Of a stretch of 64,000 nt of DNA, positions 14,101 through 27,100 are shown in pieces. Source of the stretch: Saccostrea echinata. Taxonomy: Eukaryota. The notes below the pieces were generated by a model that saw only the letters and a program-made list of their open reading frames with translations, made no database searches and had not been told where the DNA came from. The stretch is taken from positions 8,804,001 through 8,868,000 of the forward strand of contig NW_026889751.1 in NCBI RefSeq assembly GCF_033153115.1, in the 5' to 3' direction. Within the stretch, counting starts at the first letter, position 1. Each line of letters begins with the position of its first letter. The position numbers and the translations under genes are program-made.

Positions 14101-17100
14101 AAAGGAAATGAAAGCACTAAGTCTTTACTTTATTTTGATATTTTGATATATGAAATGGGACAGAGGGTGATACTAGTCAATTAATTGATATAAGGACAGG
14201 GCTATTTTATGCATAAAGTGAATCTAGCTCTTTGTGAATAAGTCATATAAATAATATAATTTTAAAATACTTTTAGTACTGCTAGAATATATATTGTATC
14301 TAGCAAATTGAAAAATATGTAAAAGTCTCATTTATAATATTTTCCCCCAGATGTTAATGACTGTGCTTCAGGACCTTGTTTGCACGGCGCTACATGTATA
14401 GATTTGTATGGTGGTTTTAGATGTAACTGCCCAGCTCCCTTCACTGGAAAAAGATGCGAGAATGGTAGGCATAAACACATGTAATCATTTTCTAGGAAAA
14501 ATATTTAAACAAAAAAGCTTCATGAAATATGATATTTTTAAACATTTATAATTTGCTATCCTTCCATCTGTTCAGATATCCATGAGTGCATGGCACTGCC
14601 TTGTCATTTAACATTTATAATTTGCTATCCTTGCACTTTGTACAGATATCAATGAGTGTATTGCACAGCCTTGTTATTACGGTTCGTGTACCAACACCAT
14701 AGGAAGTTACTTCTGTACCTGTAACACTGGGTGGACCGGAAGTCACTGTAAAACAGGTAAAATCCGTGAAATTATTTTAAAAAAGGCTATCAATGATCTT
14801 GAATATGTAAATCGGATGTACTCTTTATAAATGTTTCGAACGCTTACTTTTTTTAAAGATATAAATGAGTGTTTAACTGGTGGTATATGTGGACATGGTT
14901 CATGCAGTAATACAAATGGTTCATTTCACTGCAATTGTATCCCGGGGTGGAGTGGCCCTACCTGTGATCAAGGTACAGAATATAATAATAAAACATTAAA
15001 TTCAGTCTAAAATGTTAATTATTAAGATACTTTATTCACAAATATTTGATTTTTTTCTTTACTACAATTGTAATTAAGATATAGACGAGTGCTTAACATC
15101 ATCACCATGTTGCAATGGAGGAAACTGCTTAAATAACCCTGGATCTTTTTCCTGTAACTGTGTCACAGGTTGGACCGGATCAGTCTGCGAAAAAGGTGTA
15201 TATTGTTTGATATTTCATTAGAATATACATTGTACTTAAGACATTGGTAGTCCGTCTCTGTATATCTTAAATGATTGTAGCAAAAAAAAGAAGTATTGTT
15301 ACTAAGTAATGTCGTTAAAAACATTCTTGTCTGTGTAGATGTTGATGAATGTACAAGCAGGACATGTCATCACGGAGATTGCCAAAACATTCCAGGAAGA
15401 TACTTATGTTTGTGTCGTGAAGGTTTCACTGGCAGTCGCTGTGATACAGGTATTATACACTAACTAAAAGACATGATATTCTTGCTTACCATACAAGTTG
15501 AATAATATCATGTTCTTCACCACTGAATTATACTCTTTTTTGTTTCCATATTGGTAGGATTTTAAACTATATTTTCGCCAAATGATTGGCATAGTTTTAA
15601 AGATTGTCTGTCTAGCTGTCTGCCTGTCTTTCTGTCACAAAATTATGCCAAAGACAAGGAGACTTTTGAAATATGGATTGTAAAAAAAATTTGAAATTTT
15701 AGTATGTTTTTGTCCATGATCTTGACTCAAACTCTTCAAGTACCAGAAACACAAACTAGTGAGTAAATAAAATGGTGTTTGGAATAAAACTTCAGAACTC
15801 GTATCCGGGATTCATTCGTTTGATTCTATCAGTTTAATTACTATAGTCCCAGTAAAGACTTATTTTTTTACTACATCTTTTTTTTATTTCAAGTTCGAAA
15901 CATTTCATAAAATAATCGTGTCCTTATCGTGCATCATTTACATGAACATGGTTTGTTTCACTTAATGGAATGAACATGAATATTAATTGTAAATAGTAAC
16001 TACCGATGCTATTCACTCTTGTTTACGAATAGATTTCAATTTATATCTGGGTATATACTTCATTTCATTAATTTATTATTTTGAAATAATAAAATATAGT
16101 GTTTACAAGAAATTCTTAAATACAAAGATTAAATTAAGCGAGTAAAGTAAAATTGTAGTTATAGATGAAAATGTTTGGAATGGTTGTAGATATCAACGAG
16201 TGCCAATTAATAGGGTGTAGGAACAATGGAAGTTGTACAAACACCTATGGTTCCTTTGTCTGCCATTGCGACGAATTTTACACAGGAAAATATTGTGAAG
16301 AAGGTAAAAAAAACACCCTCTCCATTCTTATCTTTGTTCCGTTTATATAGTGCAGTTTTTATATGAGTGTTTGTTTCTTTTTATTTTAGATATAAATGAA
16401 TGTATAAGGAGACCTTCAATTTGTAAAAACGGAGGAACATGTGAGAATCTCTGTGGGGATTATATGTGTCATTGTCCCCCGGGACGTTCCGGGAAAACTT
16501 GTGATGCAGGTTCTCTCTCCACATCCATTGGTTTCTCAGTCTGAACAATTGCAATATTCATTAGTTCAATTTAGAATTTGAAAAAAAATATAAATTATGC
16601 CATATTTTGAAACTAATGATTTGAAATATTTTAAAATCAGTCTCTGAGGTTAAATTAAGTTTTAAAGAAATTTACATCAGTTAATATCCTTCATCATTCC
16701 AATAAAGAAAAAAAATATTTCCTTTATATTTCAAGATGTAAATGAGTGTTTAGAATGGACCTCAGAGCCACCATGTAAACATGGGGGCAACTGTACCAAT
16801 ACAGAGGGGTCATTCTACTGTAACTGTTCGTCAAACTGGACCGGAAGTGTTTGTCAGGAAGGTAATATATCTTTGACAATATTTTTAGAATTTCTTCCAG
16901 GACATTTATTTAATGTAGATTAGTAAAACTATGTTATATTATACAAAACAAAATAAAATATTTATTCATATTGTTTGAATTCAATTTAGATGTGAATGAA
17001 TGCAGGGACTTTCCCTGTCAAAACAATGGCGAGTGTTTTAATTTCCAGGGAGGATTTGGCTGTACTTGTATGCCAGGGTTTACAGGCGCTCCTTGCGAAC

Positions 17101-19582
17101 TAGGTTAATTTTTAATTTTTCTACCCTTTGTTTTGTTTTATATAATTTGAAATTTTTATTGGTAGGATGGGAATAAATCTTGATTATGAACTGAAAGTTG
17201 CTTTCCTTTCTCAGACATCAATGAATGCTTAACTGGGCCTTGCAAAAACAACGTTTCTTGTGTCAACACTTATGGTTCGTATAAATGCCATTGTGTGGAT
17301 AACTGGGGTGGAAAGCATTGCGAAATAGGTGAGAAAACTTTCGTATAATACATGTTAACCCTTTCTGATATTGATATGTTTTTTTAAAAAGAAATATGTA
17401 ATACACATTCAAGGTAATCATTATTTTCCAGACTTGTGCAAGACAAAGCCAGCCCGGTTAGTGTTTGTTGTTGACACTTCTTTCAGTACCAGCCACAAAG
17501 TATTTCAACAACAGAAGGACTTCATCTCTAACGTCATTTCAAGATTTTCCCTCTCAAACGAAAAATTCAAGGTAGCAGTAGCATCATACGGAATGAATAC
17601 AAGCATCGACATAGGGTTCGATTCTTATGAAAACAATAAAACAGTACTGCTGGATCTCATCTCTAAGGTTTCATTTATGAATGGAAAAACTGATATTCAT
17701 AATGCCTCATACAAAGTGAGGGATGTTTTGAATGAAACCAAAGGGAGTAACCAGTTTGTATTCTTTTTTACGGATGGGATGCCTACTGATCTAAAACTAG
17801 CTATAAATGGAACAGGGGAACTGCGAGCACGTTTGCTTAACTCTACTTCCAATAATGCTTTGATGTTCGTGGCTTTCGGTGAAGACATTAGACATGAGGG
17901 GCTGAGGAGAATATCAGGAGACCCACATTATAATGATGTTTTTACTCATATTTCTATGGATCCCATGGATTATGTGATGAAGAGACTGGTAGATGAAAAA
18001 TGCACAGGTAATGCATTTCATAAAGGGATGACAATTTGTTACCTGTTAAACGGTTACACGATCGTAATCGGTAAGAAAATCTTTAATCGGTTAGTCAAAA
18101 ACGTAGATATATATAGATTTTCCCAAATTCCAATTCACAATGTTAAAAAAATCTGAATGTTGACATTTTTCACATATTTATTTCTGCTGATGATAAGGTA
18201 ATTATGGCTCCCCGGATTCACTATTACCCTGATCTGTTTGTGAAGCGTTAATTACTGTTTAAACATCATGTCGTTACCCAGCCTGTCCTGTTTCTTTTAA
18301 TTAATTTAATTAAACTGCCGCTGCGTACTTTGAACTGATTACAATGTGTTTCTTATCCCCGTCTATCCTTTGCAAATATCTATCAAATTATAATATTGAA
18401 AATACATTGTAAATTAAGGGTACATAACACAACAAAAAAATCGATGCATGAATATAGTGTTTTGATCAGGCAAAAAAAGAATATCATTTATGTTTTATCT
18501 TTTCTTTTTTTATTTTTTAGCTTTCTGTGGGTATGATTAGAGTTTACAAACAAAAGTCAGGAAAATGTGTATGATTCGATTAACCGGATAATCGGTCGGA
18601 ACGTCTTACGGTTAACAACTTAGAAATTCTGAAATTTGCCATCCCTAATTTAATGAAACGGTTATATATTCAGCTTTGTAAAACAGTCGTCGTCCATTTA
18701 TTGATAATTAAAAAAAAACAGTTGAGTTGTCTTAAAGTAATAAACACAAATATCCTTCTGCATCTACATGTACATACCTACACACCTCCCTACCTACGTA
18801 TGTATCTACCTACTTATTTACCTACCTACCTGCCCACCTACCTGTTTACTTACCTACTTACATACTCTCTCCTCTTTCATACATCCTATTAACGTTAGGT
18901 ATTAATTCCTTTTACTTCTTATTCATGTTATTCTATAAACTTTTCAGCATGCTTTCAACAATATATGGTGGATCTTATGTTTGTTATTGACGTATCTTCA
19001 ATTCTACCACAAGAAACATTCTCCGGTAGTTTATGAGTCATTAACTCAATTTTAGAGCGCCTGAAACCTGTAACTTCTTTGGGACAAAACAAAACTCAAA
19101 TAGGAGCGGTTTATTTTTCAAACGAACCTCACCTGTTAATGCAGTTGAACGAGACATACGATTTTGATAGTAGTGCAAGCAAAATTATGGGGATAGAACA
19201 AGACTGTACAAGCTATCGGAATTCTTCTACAAATGTAGCAAGAGCTTTGGAATTTACACGAACCCATCTTTTGTCCCCAGAACACGGTGCCAGAAATTCA
19301 TCTCGAAAACTTCTGATCCATATCTACACTGGATTCGATGCTAATGTTACGGAGTCTGTGAAGATGACACAGTCATTAACACGGGACAAAATAACCATCT
19401 TTTCAATTGGGGTCGGAGGCAAGTACAAGGATGAAGAGATTTTGTCTACTGCTTCCAGTGCATTTCATGCTTATTTTGCAGAATATAAAGAAAGTGATAA
19501 AAGTTGGAGATTAAAAGACACGGAATTAATTTTTATTAGCAAGATATACTCATTGCTTTGTACGAAGAGGGTAAAAACTTAA
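8160..19582 (+). CDS. Gene 2: signal peptide - NIDO - 10 calcium-binding-type EGF - VWA - VWA secreted protein; in-frame TGA at 19034-19036 in the last exon
   Basis: GT-AG exons read by eye. SP 8160-8211 ([17 protein letters not shown]). NIDO 9734-9846, 10196-10474 ([23 protein letters not shown]), 11334-11523 (VQCVLITD), 13589-13624 (GLAGIWFY). EGF 14351-14464, 14646-14756, 14859-14972, 15079-15195, 15339-15449, 16190-16303, 16390-16509, 16736-16861, 16990-17103, 17215-17328. VWA 17432-18007 and 18948-19582. Phases are compatible; the product is ~1011 aa ignoring the TGA and ~829 aa to the TGA. Confidence 0.85.
10196..10474 (+). CDS. Core NIDO-domain exon of gene 2
   Basis: tttcag|ATG AGT ACA AAC GGG ... 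TCA|gtaagt. The motifs [15 protein letters not shown] and WVLVTTWYN are typical of nidogen/SNED1/tectorin NIDO domains. Confidence 0.85.
11568..13052. mobile_element. Non-autonomous TIR DNA transposon (Kolobok-like), copy A in a gene 2 intron, with an inserted SINE
   Basis: Collinear with 41310-42534 (attctctgtaaccact...gttgccatggtaac...); the 3' TIR appears lost. Confidence 0.7.
12369..12695 (-). mobile_element. Diverged tRNA-derived SINE
   Basis: Shares tactcggcactcagggccat.gagcagtgaggg with 3845-4143; (gatt)n tail. Confidence 0.7.
17432..18007 (+). CDS. VWA-1 exon of gene 2
   Basis: [19 protein letters not shown]...FFTDGMP; ttccag acceptor and gtaat donor; close paralog of 11-586. Confidence 0.9.
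18023..18647. mobile_element. hAT-like MITE in the last intron of gene 2
   Basis: TIR agggatgacaa / ttgccatccct, subterminal aatcgg/cggtta motifs, imperfect 8-bp flanks atttcata / atttaatg. Confidence 0.5.
18772..18862. repeat. Imperfect (TACC/TACT)n microsatellite
   Basis: Visible directly; it produces the spurious YLPT-repeat ORF. Confidence 0.85.
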
Positions 19583-20662
19583 ATTATTCTTTAAAATGGG
19601 AGCTACATATTTACTAGTAATTAAATTTATAAATTTATTGTCGGTACAACTTCTTTTTTAAATGTTCAGAAGATCTCGAAAAAGGAATACTAAGTAGCTT
19701 GTAATAATTCCACGAATTCAAAGCCTTTATTTATTGCACACTTATATACATTTTTAAGTTATTACAATAGAATCCTACTTTTCATTCAGCCTTTCAGATC
19801 AAAGAATTTTGTTTTTCATCTTTATATTGGCAATCACATCGTCGTTAATTCAAATATTTTTATGTCAACACCACAGTTTGCACAAGACGTATATGATTAG
19901 CGACACAGATGGTATACATGCTTCACACTCCATTTAACTTCCAAAACTCTCATGTTACTCTCATTCTTTTATTGCGAATAATCTACCTTGCTAAAGTGTA
20001 CCATTTAACATGACATATACAGAAGCAACAGCTGATAAATGTTATGGGTTAATTTTTCATACAAAGTCATCGAGTTTATGTGTATGTGGTGATACTAAAG
20101 ATACAGATAAAGAAATATTAAAACATCAAAATAAAATCTTGAAATAAATAAAACCTAGAGAATATATTGTTCACAAGCCGAAAAAAAGTCATAATCGATT
20201 TCGATCTCTTATTTAATAGTTGATTAGATTTAAATGCATAAAATGGACTCGATGCTGTTGCAAAAACATCCTTCACTTTGCATCACACTGATAGAAGTGT
20301 TTTGATATATATATGATTGATTCTGGGATCTTTTAATCATATCCATTGTATTTATAATTAACTATACGTTTCTCGAGATATCACAACTTTCATTTTCTCT
20401 CAAATTGGGCGTTAAACAACATACAATCGAACAATCTCTTGGGAAAACGCTGAACCCTCGAAAAAAAAAAAAACGTATCCTTCCTAATACCATTGTAATG
20501 TATGGCAGATTCCATGTATTTCTCTTCTCTTTCATACGGCAAAATAAGAATACATGTACTTTCATTCTCATTCATATGAAAGAATAAGGATTTTTTTTTT
20601 TATCTCTCTTACACATAATTAGTATTTACATTATTTCTCCGAGTAATATATTTATCTTTGAC

Positions 20663-20808
20663 NNNNNNNNNNNNNNNNNNNNNNNNNNNNNNNNNNNNNN
20701 NNNNNNNNNNNNNNNNNNNNNNNNNNNNNNNNNNNNNNNNNNNNNNNNNNNNNNNNNNNNNNNNNNNNNNNNNNNNNNNNNNNNNNNNNNNNNNNNNNNN
20801 NNNNNNNN
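20663..20808. other. Assembly gap (N run)
   Basis: Run of n. Confidence 1.
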
Positions 20809-22018
20809 CCACTATGGTTATGAACAAGTAAACAAATGACAAGTTATTTCTTGTGGAATGAATCATTAAAATAATGAGTGGATGAATGATTGGATGAAGA
20901 ATATATACTTATGTTTCATTTTTATTTAGTAAATGTTATTATTAATTAAAGCCAGGATCTTAATAAGAAAATGTCGTATAGTGTACACCTCATTCCGAAT
21001 TTCCTCCACGAGACTAGGGAAATTCAACACACAATGTAAATACACCATTAATGGTTCAATGATTACATTATTATAAAGCTGTATATGCTTACCTATAGTA
21101 ATTTGGATGAATGATAAGTCCAGTGACTGATAATTTGGGTAAAGCCTTACAATTACACATCAGTTTTCATATTAAGCGGTAAAAGCTGTAAAGTACGTTC
21201 GGAACACCTCGGATGAGTACAGTAAACTAACTGCACCCGAAGTCTTCCAGTGATTTGAAGTTATGGCGCCAAATCGTCATGCATGGGACGTCATAGAGGG
21301 TCTAACTGGTATAAATACGAGCTCCGCGGACTCTGACAGACAGACGTCTGCAGTCTCACCTACAGTAAGGTTCTGCCACTGTAACAATGACGCTCACAGA
21401 GCATGGTCCAGAAGAATTTAGATGGGTAATTATTATTAACCTAATCTAACACTGAATATTTGTTAGCAACTTTTAATTGCTTTATTTGTTTATGCATTTT
21501 AAAGTTTCTTTCAGACACAAGTAGTGATCTGAACTTACCGCTGTTGGTTACTATTTACTCAGGCACAAGAAGTGACCTGAAATTGATATTATAACCCCTG
21601 ACATTATTATTAACAAATGCATGGTGCATTGTATTGAATTTTACTGAGAAATTAGCATAACTTTTTGTCCCTATACAAATAGTTGCTTGCTATAACCTCT
21701 GGTATTTCATATCTATACTAGTAGTGAAGAAATCACTGATTCAATCTTTAAACTAAGACCTAAAGGCATTAGGTCTGTTCGTGTTTACTAAAGAGTTTGT
21801 TCAAGGGTGGTTTAAGAATTAACATTTGGTGGAAAGGGTGGTTGGTTTGTTTTTATTTCAGGTGCAGACTGCAGAGCCAAAGAAGAGTTTTGTGTATATT
21901 TATTTGAATAAAATCTAATAAAATAATAAAAACAATTTATATCCTGTTGTCTTTCGTTCAACATTCGGATTAAGGAGCCCCACAATGTTACGCCGCTAAA
22001 CATAGACAGCTGTAAGTC

Positions 22019-22021
<3 letters not shown>

Positions 22022-22103
<82 letters not shown>
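22022..22103. repeat. Compound (CA)n(TA)n microsatellite
   Basis: Visible directly. Confidence 0.95.
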
Positions 22104-22106
<3 letters not shown>

Positions 22107-23057
22107 TTACTTAAGTATGCTTAGTTTACATAATGGTAGTCTGACGGTTTGTGCAACCAATACAAGTCATGCATTAATTCTATTGCTACAATACGCATGT
22201 CCAAATTTTAACATAAATTTTAAATCCGTTTCAGTAACATGCCAACGATTATCCTCCCGTTTTTCGCTAAAGAAAGCAAAATAAGCACTGGATGCCGTCT
22301 GAAGAACATCTCTGTCGTTAATTTTTTCTCCAACACCAATAGATATCTCAGTAACATTTTCATTTGTCAGTTTTTTCGTTTCTTTAACAGATTCTGTAGA
22401 ATTTTTGTCATATCCTGTATACATATGAATGATATACTTCCGAGAATTTTTCCTACCTCCGTTTTTAACGACAGAGCTTCTGTTGAAATGAAACGGAGAC
22501 CCTTCGCAACATCAGGGGTAGAATTCATTAGTTTAAAGTCTTGTTCAGATTTTAAGAAAATTGTTTAAATCTTGCGATTGGTTCAGCCTAATCATGAGCA
22601 CTGGTTCTGAAGAAATATGGACGGCACCGATTTGCAAGTTATTTTCACCAAGGACGAAATTCTGATGAAGTTTTTGTAAAATGGTTTTGAAAATTGAAAG
22701 ACCAGAGGTGAAGGTAGTTTTATGCTGTGCTGAAGATGTATCAAGAGCCAGAATGAGATCAATTGACCTTTGTTGCTTGCATGCTATAAGAGAAATTATA
22801 AGGTATTACATTGAAAATCCCTGCGTATTTATAGCATAAAAATATGCTTTGATATCAATATTTTTGGAACGTCCAAACAAGAGTTATCCCTTCTTTTGTG
22901 TAATGTGGATACATGTGATCATTCTATAGTATATATTCAAACGATTCAATCCAGTTTATTAAACTTAATCTTCATCTCAATCAGATTTTTTTTTAATTTT
23001 GATTGAAATGTATTTCGAAGAACCGTAATTAAGTTATAGTCTTTAAAATTTTCATTC

Positions 23058-24123
23058 AATGCATTTTTCTGCCCCTTAATGCTAGATTAATTATGTTAAC
23101 ATGCAAGAATAGTATGTCAACATGAAAGATAATTATGTCTACATGCATAAAAATTATGTTGACAAGCAAGTGACCAATCTTTTTAGAGAATCTAATTTTA
23201 ATATTTGTAAACTTACTCACTAACGCCAGTATCAACATAATCATGTTGACATGCGACTTGTTTATGTTAAAGCTGAACACGACTCGTAAATAGGCATACT
23301 CCAAATTATTTTTTTCTGTCACCTATGTCAGCACTGGGTATTTGAACCCTTCGCATACGTTACATCTGACTGTTTTTACCTGTTTACTGCTGTCTGTAGT
23401 ACATGAATATCTAACATTGTCTTTTTGTTAACGTTTTATTTAATTAAGGTGCATTTGTGTATATTTTACTTTGTAATACATTGACCAGTGCAACTGTTAT
23501 CGAAAATCTTTGGTAATTATTTTTCCTGACATTGCAAAGGCCTACAGAAGTCATTTTTGTCGCGTCCAAGTCTATCATAATGACAATGAAAGAGACTGTT
23601 ATAAATACTATAACATTAACTTATCTGCGTGACATGTAATGTGCAGTGTGCATTCCTGGTGATGATGTCATAATAGTGACGACATCATTGTGTATTTTGT
23701 ATTGTGTATTGTTACCGTGTAAATGACTGAGTCAGTTCTAGATCAAGTTTGTACTTTGAGATGTGTTTATCTATCTCTATATAATTATCTTGCATGTTGA
23801 CATAAATAAGTTGCATATCTACATAATTATCTTGCATGTTAACATAAAGTCGCATGTCTACATAATTATCTCGCAAGTTAACATAAATAAGCTGCATGCC
23901 AACATTATCCTGTTGCATCGTGCTTGTATTGTGCTTGTATGATGTTTTATAATGGCGTTTGTAAGTAAGTTTACCAACATTAAAACTAGATTCTCTAAAG
24001 ACGTTGGTCACTTGCATGTCAACATAATTATTTTGCATGTTGACATAAATAAGTCGCATGTGTACAAAAATATGTTGCAGGTTAACATAATTTATCTTGC
24101 ATTAAGGGGGCAGAAATATGCCA
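23058..24123. mobile_element. Inverted-repeat (foldback/MITE-like) element with ~21-bp internal subrepeats
   Basis: gcatttttctgccccttaatgc.agat.aattatgttaac... at the left is the reverse complement of ...cttgcattaagggggcagaaatatgcca at the right; atgttgacatgcaa subrepeats. Confidence 0.75.
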
Positions 24124-27100
24124 CCATTAATTTTCCTATTTAGCAAAATATGGTAAAAAAATATCAACGTACCAGAGCACTTGGCGTTTACCAGTTTCGT
24201 AAAAATATAAAACAATGCGTCCATGTTTACATGACTGAACACATTTTTGACATCGCCATTCGAGGATAACCTACGTAGACTTTCATGATGTATATCTTCA
24301 CCAACTTCAACAAGAATGACGTCATTCCATGGCATGGTGGCTTGTATCTGGTAACGCAATGATTTCATAGCACTGAAAGCTAATTGCAAGCTACTAGGCA
24401 TTCCATCAGTGAGAAATAAGACGAACTGCGAAGTGTAGAGTTTCTTAGACAAAATCTTCTTTACTTTCTGACACGCTTTAAAAATATCAGTTGTTCCGTT
24501 TATAAAGGAAATGTTGATACTTGGTTGAGTAATTCAATGCTTTTATTATATGCGCCAAAAGGAATATATACTTGTGCATCAGTTCCATAAGATACAAGTG
24601 CAATGTCAAATTTTCTTCAGAAACCGTTATCCTTTTAATTACATTGGAAATAAACTGGACTTGCTCTTTCAAGACTGATTCCGTAGTGCTAAAGGAGGAA
24701 TCGACTGCAAAAACTATCTGAGCTTGTATTGTTTTGCATAAATCTATAAATATAAAATCATAAGACTACAATTATACATCTAATACAATTCTTAAGTGGG
24801 TATTTTTCTTTTTTTTCAGTAATTGTCTCAAAATTAATTACAAAATCAAAAATTTTACAAGAATTCAAATTTTTCTATAATACCAATTTCACAAAGCGGT
24901 CCACCCCAGTCATTGATACATTCACAGAAGAAGGATCCAAATACATCTACACATGACCCGTTGTTCATGCAAGGATAAGACAGACATTCGTTTACGTCTA
25001 AAAAAAAAACAAATTTACAGAGAAAATGGTTAGGAAACCGTGTAGCAAAAATTGAAGAAACTGATTAGCTCGTACACTTACTCTGCTCACAAAATGCACC
25101 AGTAAAACCAGTGTCACAAATACAGTTAAATCCACCATGCAGGAACCATTTATGCATGGCCCGGGGTAAGGTCTGCATTCATTTACATCTGAAAAAGTAT
25201 AAATATGATATCTTAAAAATATTTGTGTACGTTTTAGCCAAACATGTACTGAATGTTTCCCATGCAATGTACCTTTTTCACACGTAAACCCAGTCCAGTT
25301 TGATGTGCAATTACAATAAAATGATCCTTACGTATTCGTACAGCTTCCACCATTCTTGCAGGGTTTCCATTCAACACATTCATCAATGTCTTTAAATTAT
25401 TTTAATAGAAAAATTGTTAAGAATTCATTATTTTAAATTGATTCATTAACTTCTAAGAATTTGAAAACTTGTACTAGCAGAGAGCCAGTGCTTGACCCGA
25501 TCTCAAAAACTAGTTTGTAATCTAGTTGAAAAGTTCAAAATCAAAAAGTTAGCGACAAAATCATTGTAATCAGTCAGTAAAACTTGCCTCCATCACAGTT
25601 TGTGCCTTGATTTCCAGGAGTGCAGTGGCAGTTATAACCGCCACAAGTGTTTTCGCACATTCCTCCATTTTTACAAATATTGGGCGTCGTTACACATTCA
25701 TTGATATCTACAAAGAAAATATATCCCTATAATTTTAAAGGGAATGTGAAAACATTTAAAAAGAATTCAAAAATTTTAAATCTTTAAAACAGTTTACAAA
25801 TTCTGTACCTTCCTCGCAGTGAGGTCCAGTGAAAAATTGATTACATTGACAACGAAATGATCCTTGCGTGTTGATACATGTACCATCGTTGACGCAACCA
25901 TTCCCCAGGCATTCATTAACATCTAAGTGGAATATATTAAAAAATCGACTATTACCAAAGGATAGATAAGATCTTACCGTTTTGACATTTGTCTCCGTTC
26001 CAACCCTTTTGACAAATGCACGCATAGCTGCCAATTGTGTTGATACAGCTTCCATTGTTTTCACAAGGATATCCCAGACACTCGTCAATATCTAACAAAA
26101 TCAAGCAAATTACTATCAAATTATTGAAAAGCTAATGTTTTTCAACTTAGATAGGAAATGCAAAATATTTTTTTCTTTTTGGCTCAAAGAGTTCAAAGTA
26201 AGCAAACAAAATTAACAGTGGGTGGATACATGTGTGAGACATATACATAATTTGATAGGTATTCTATGATGTTTTACTGGCTACAAAACCCTTTATATGT
26301 TTTATACCTGTATCGCACATAGAGCCAGAATATCCTTTTGGACAAACGCACTGGAATTGTCCAGCAATATTTATGCACGCTCCGCCATTAGTACATGGAT
26401 TGCTTTTACACTCATCATAGTCTAAAACGAGAAAATACTCTCATTTGTTTCTTTCTAGAAGATAGGACATGCAGCTTTGGAAAACCAAAAAAATAAACCT
26501 AAGTTATAGATCACTTCTATTGCAGAACATGCCTTCCACGCCAGAAGAACAATTGTAATGAAAAGAACCATTGGTGTTTGAACACGAGCCTTTCATGCCA
26601 CAGACTTCCCAAGTGCACTCGTCAATGTCTAAAAATATTCCGAAATAGGTCCTACATGCTTCTATCTCATTAAACCCTAAAATCGTTGATTGTTAAAAGA
26701 TTTTTAAAGAAATACATGCTTACCTTCTTCGCATAATTTACCAGTCCATCTTTCAGAACACATACATCTAAAATCTCCGGGTAAGGAGACGCACGATCCG
26801 TTATTCAAGCAAGGACTCGAAGTACAATTGTCAATTTCTACACGGTAGTTACAAAACAAAAACGAATGCAGCTTATAGGTCAACAGACTATAACTTAAGA
26901 AAGGAAAAGATAATTATATTTTGATTAATTATAAATAAAAAAATTACTATTATCAACATTGATAAAAAGACCATCGTTCAGAAAGGGGAAAGACGTACAT
27001 TTATATATATATAAACAAAACATAGCACTTAAATTAGACGTACAAAAATACCATTTCATGGTATTATAAAAAAAGAAATCATTTCATTAGAAATCATTCC

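Noticed and set aside
14351-17328. Calling the EGF arrays Notch, fibrillin, fibropellin or SNED1
   Set aside because: The diagnostic domains are missing (LNR/ankyrin/TM, TB, CUB/avidin, sushi/FN3) and the proteins end in two VWA domains, so no symbol was assigned.
19034-19036. Selenocysteine recoding of the in-frame TGA in gene 2
   Set aside because: Paralogs have Ser or Gly, not Cys, at this site and no SECIS was evident; nonsense mutation or error is simpler.
23712-24059. Repetitive YVNMQDNYVDM protein
   Set aside because: It is the translation of 21-bp subrepeats of an inverted-repeat element inside an intron.
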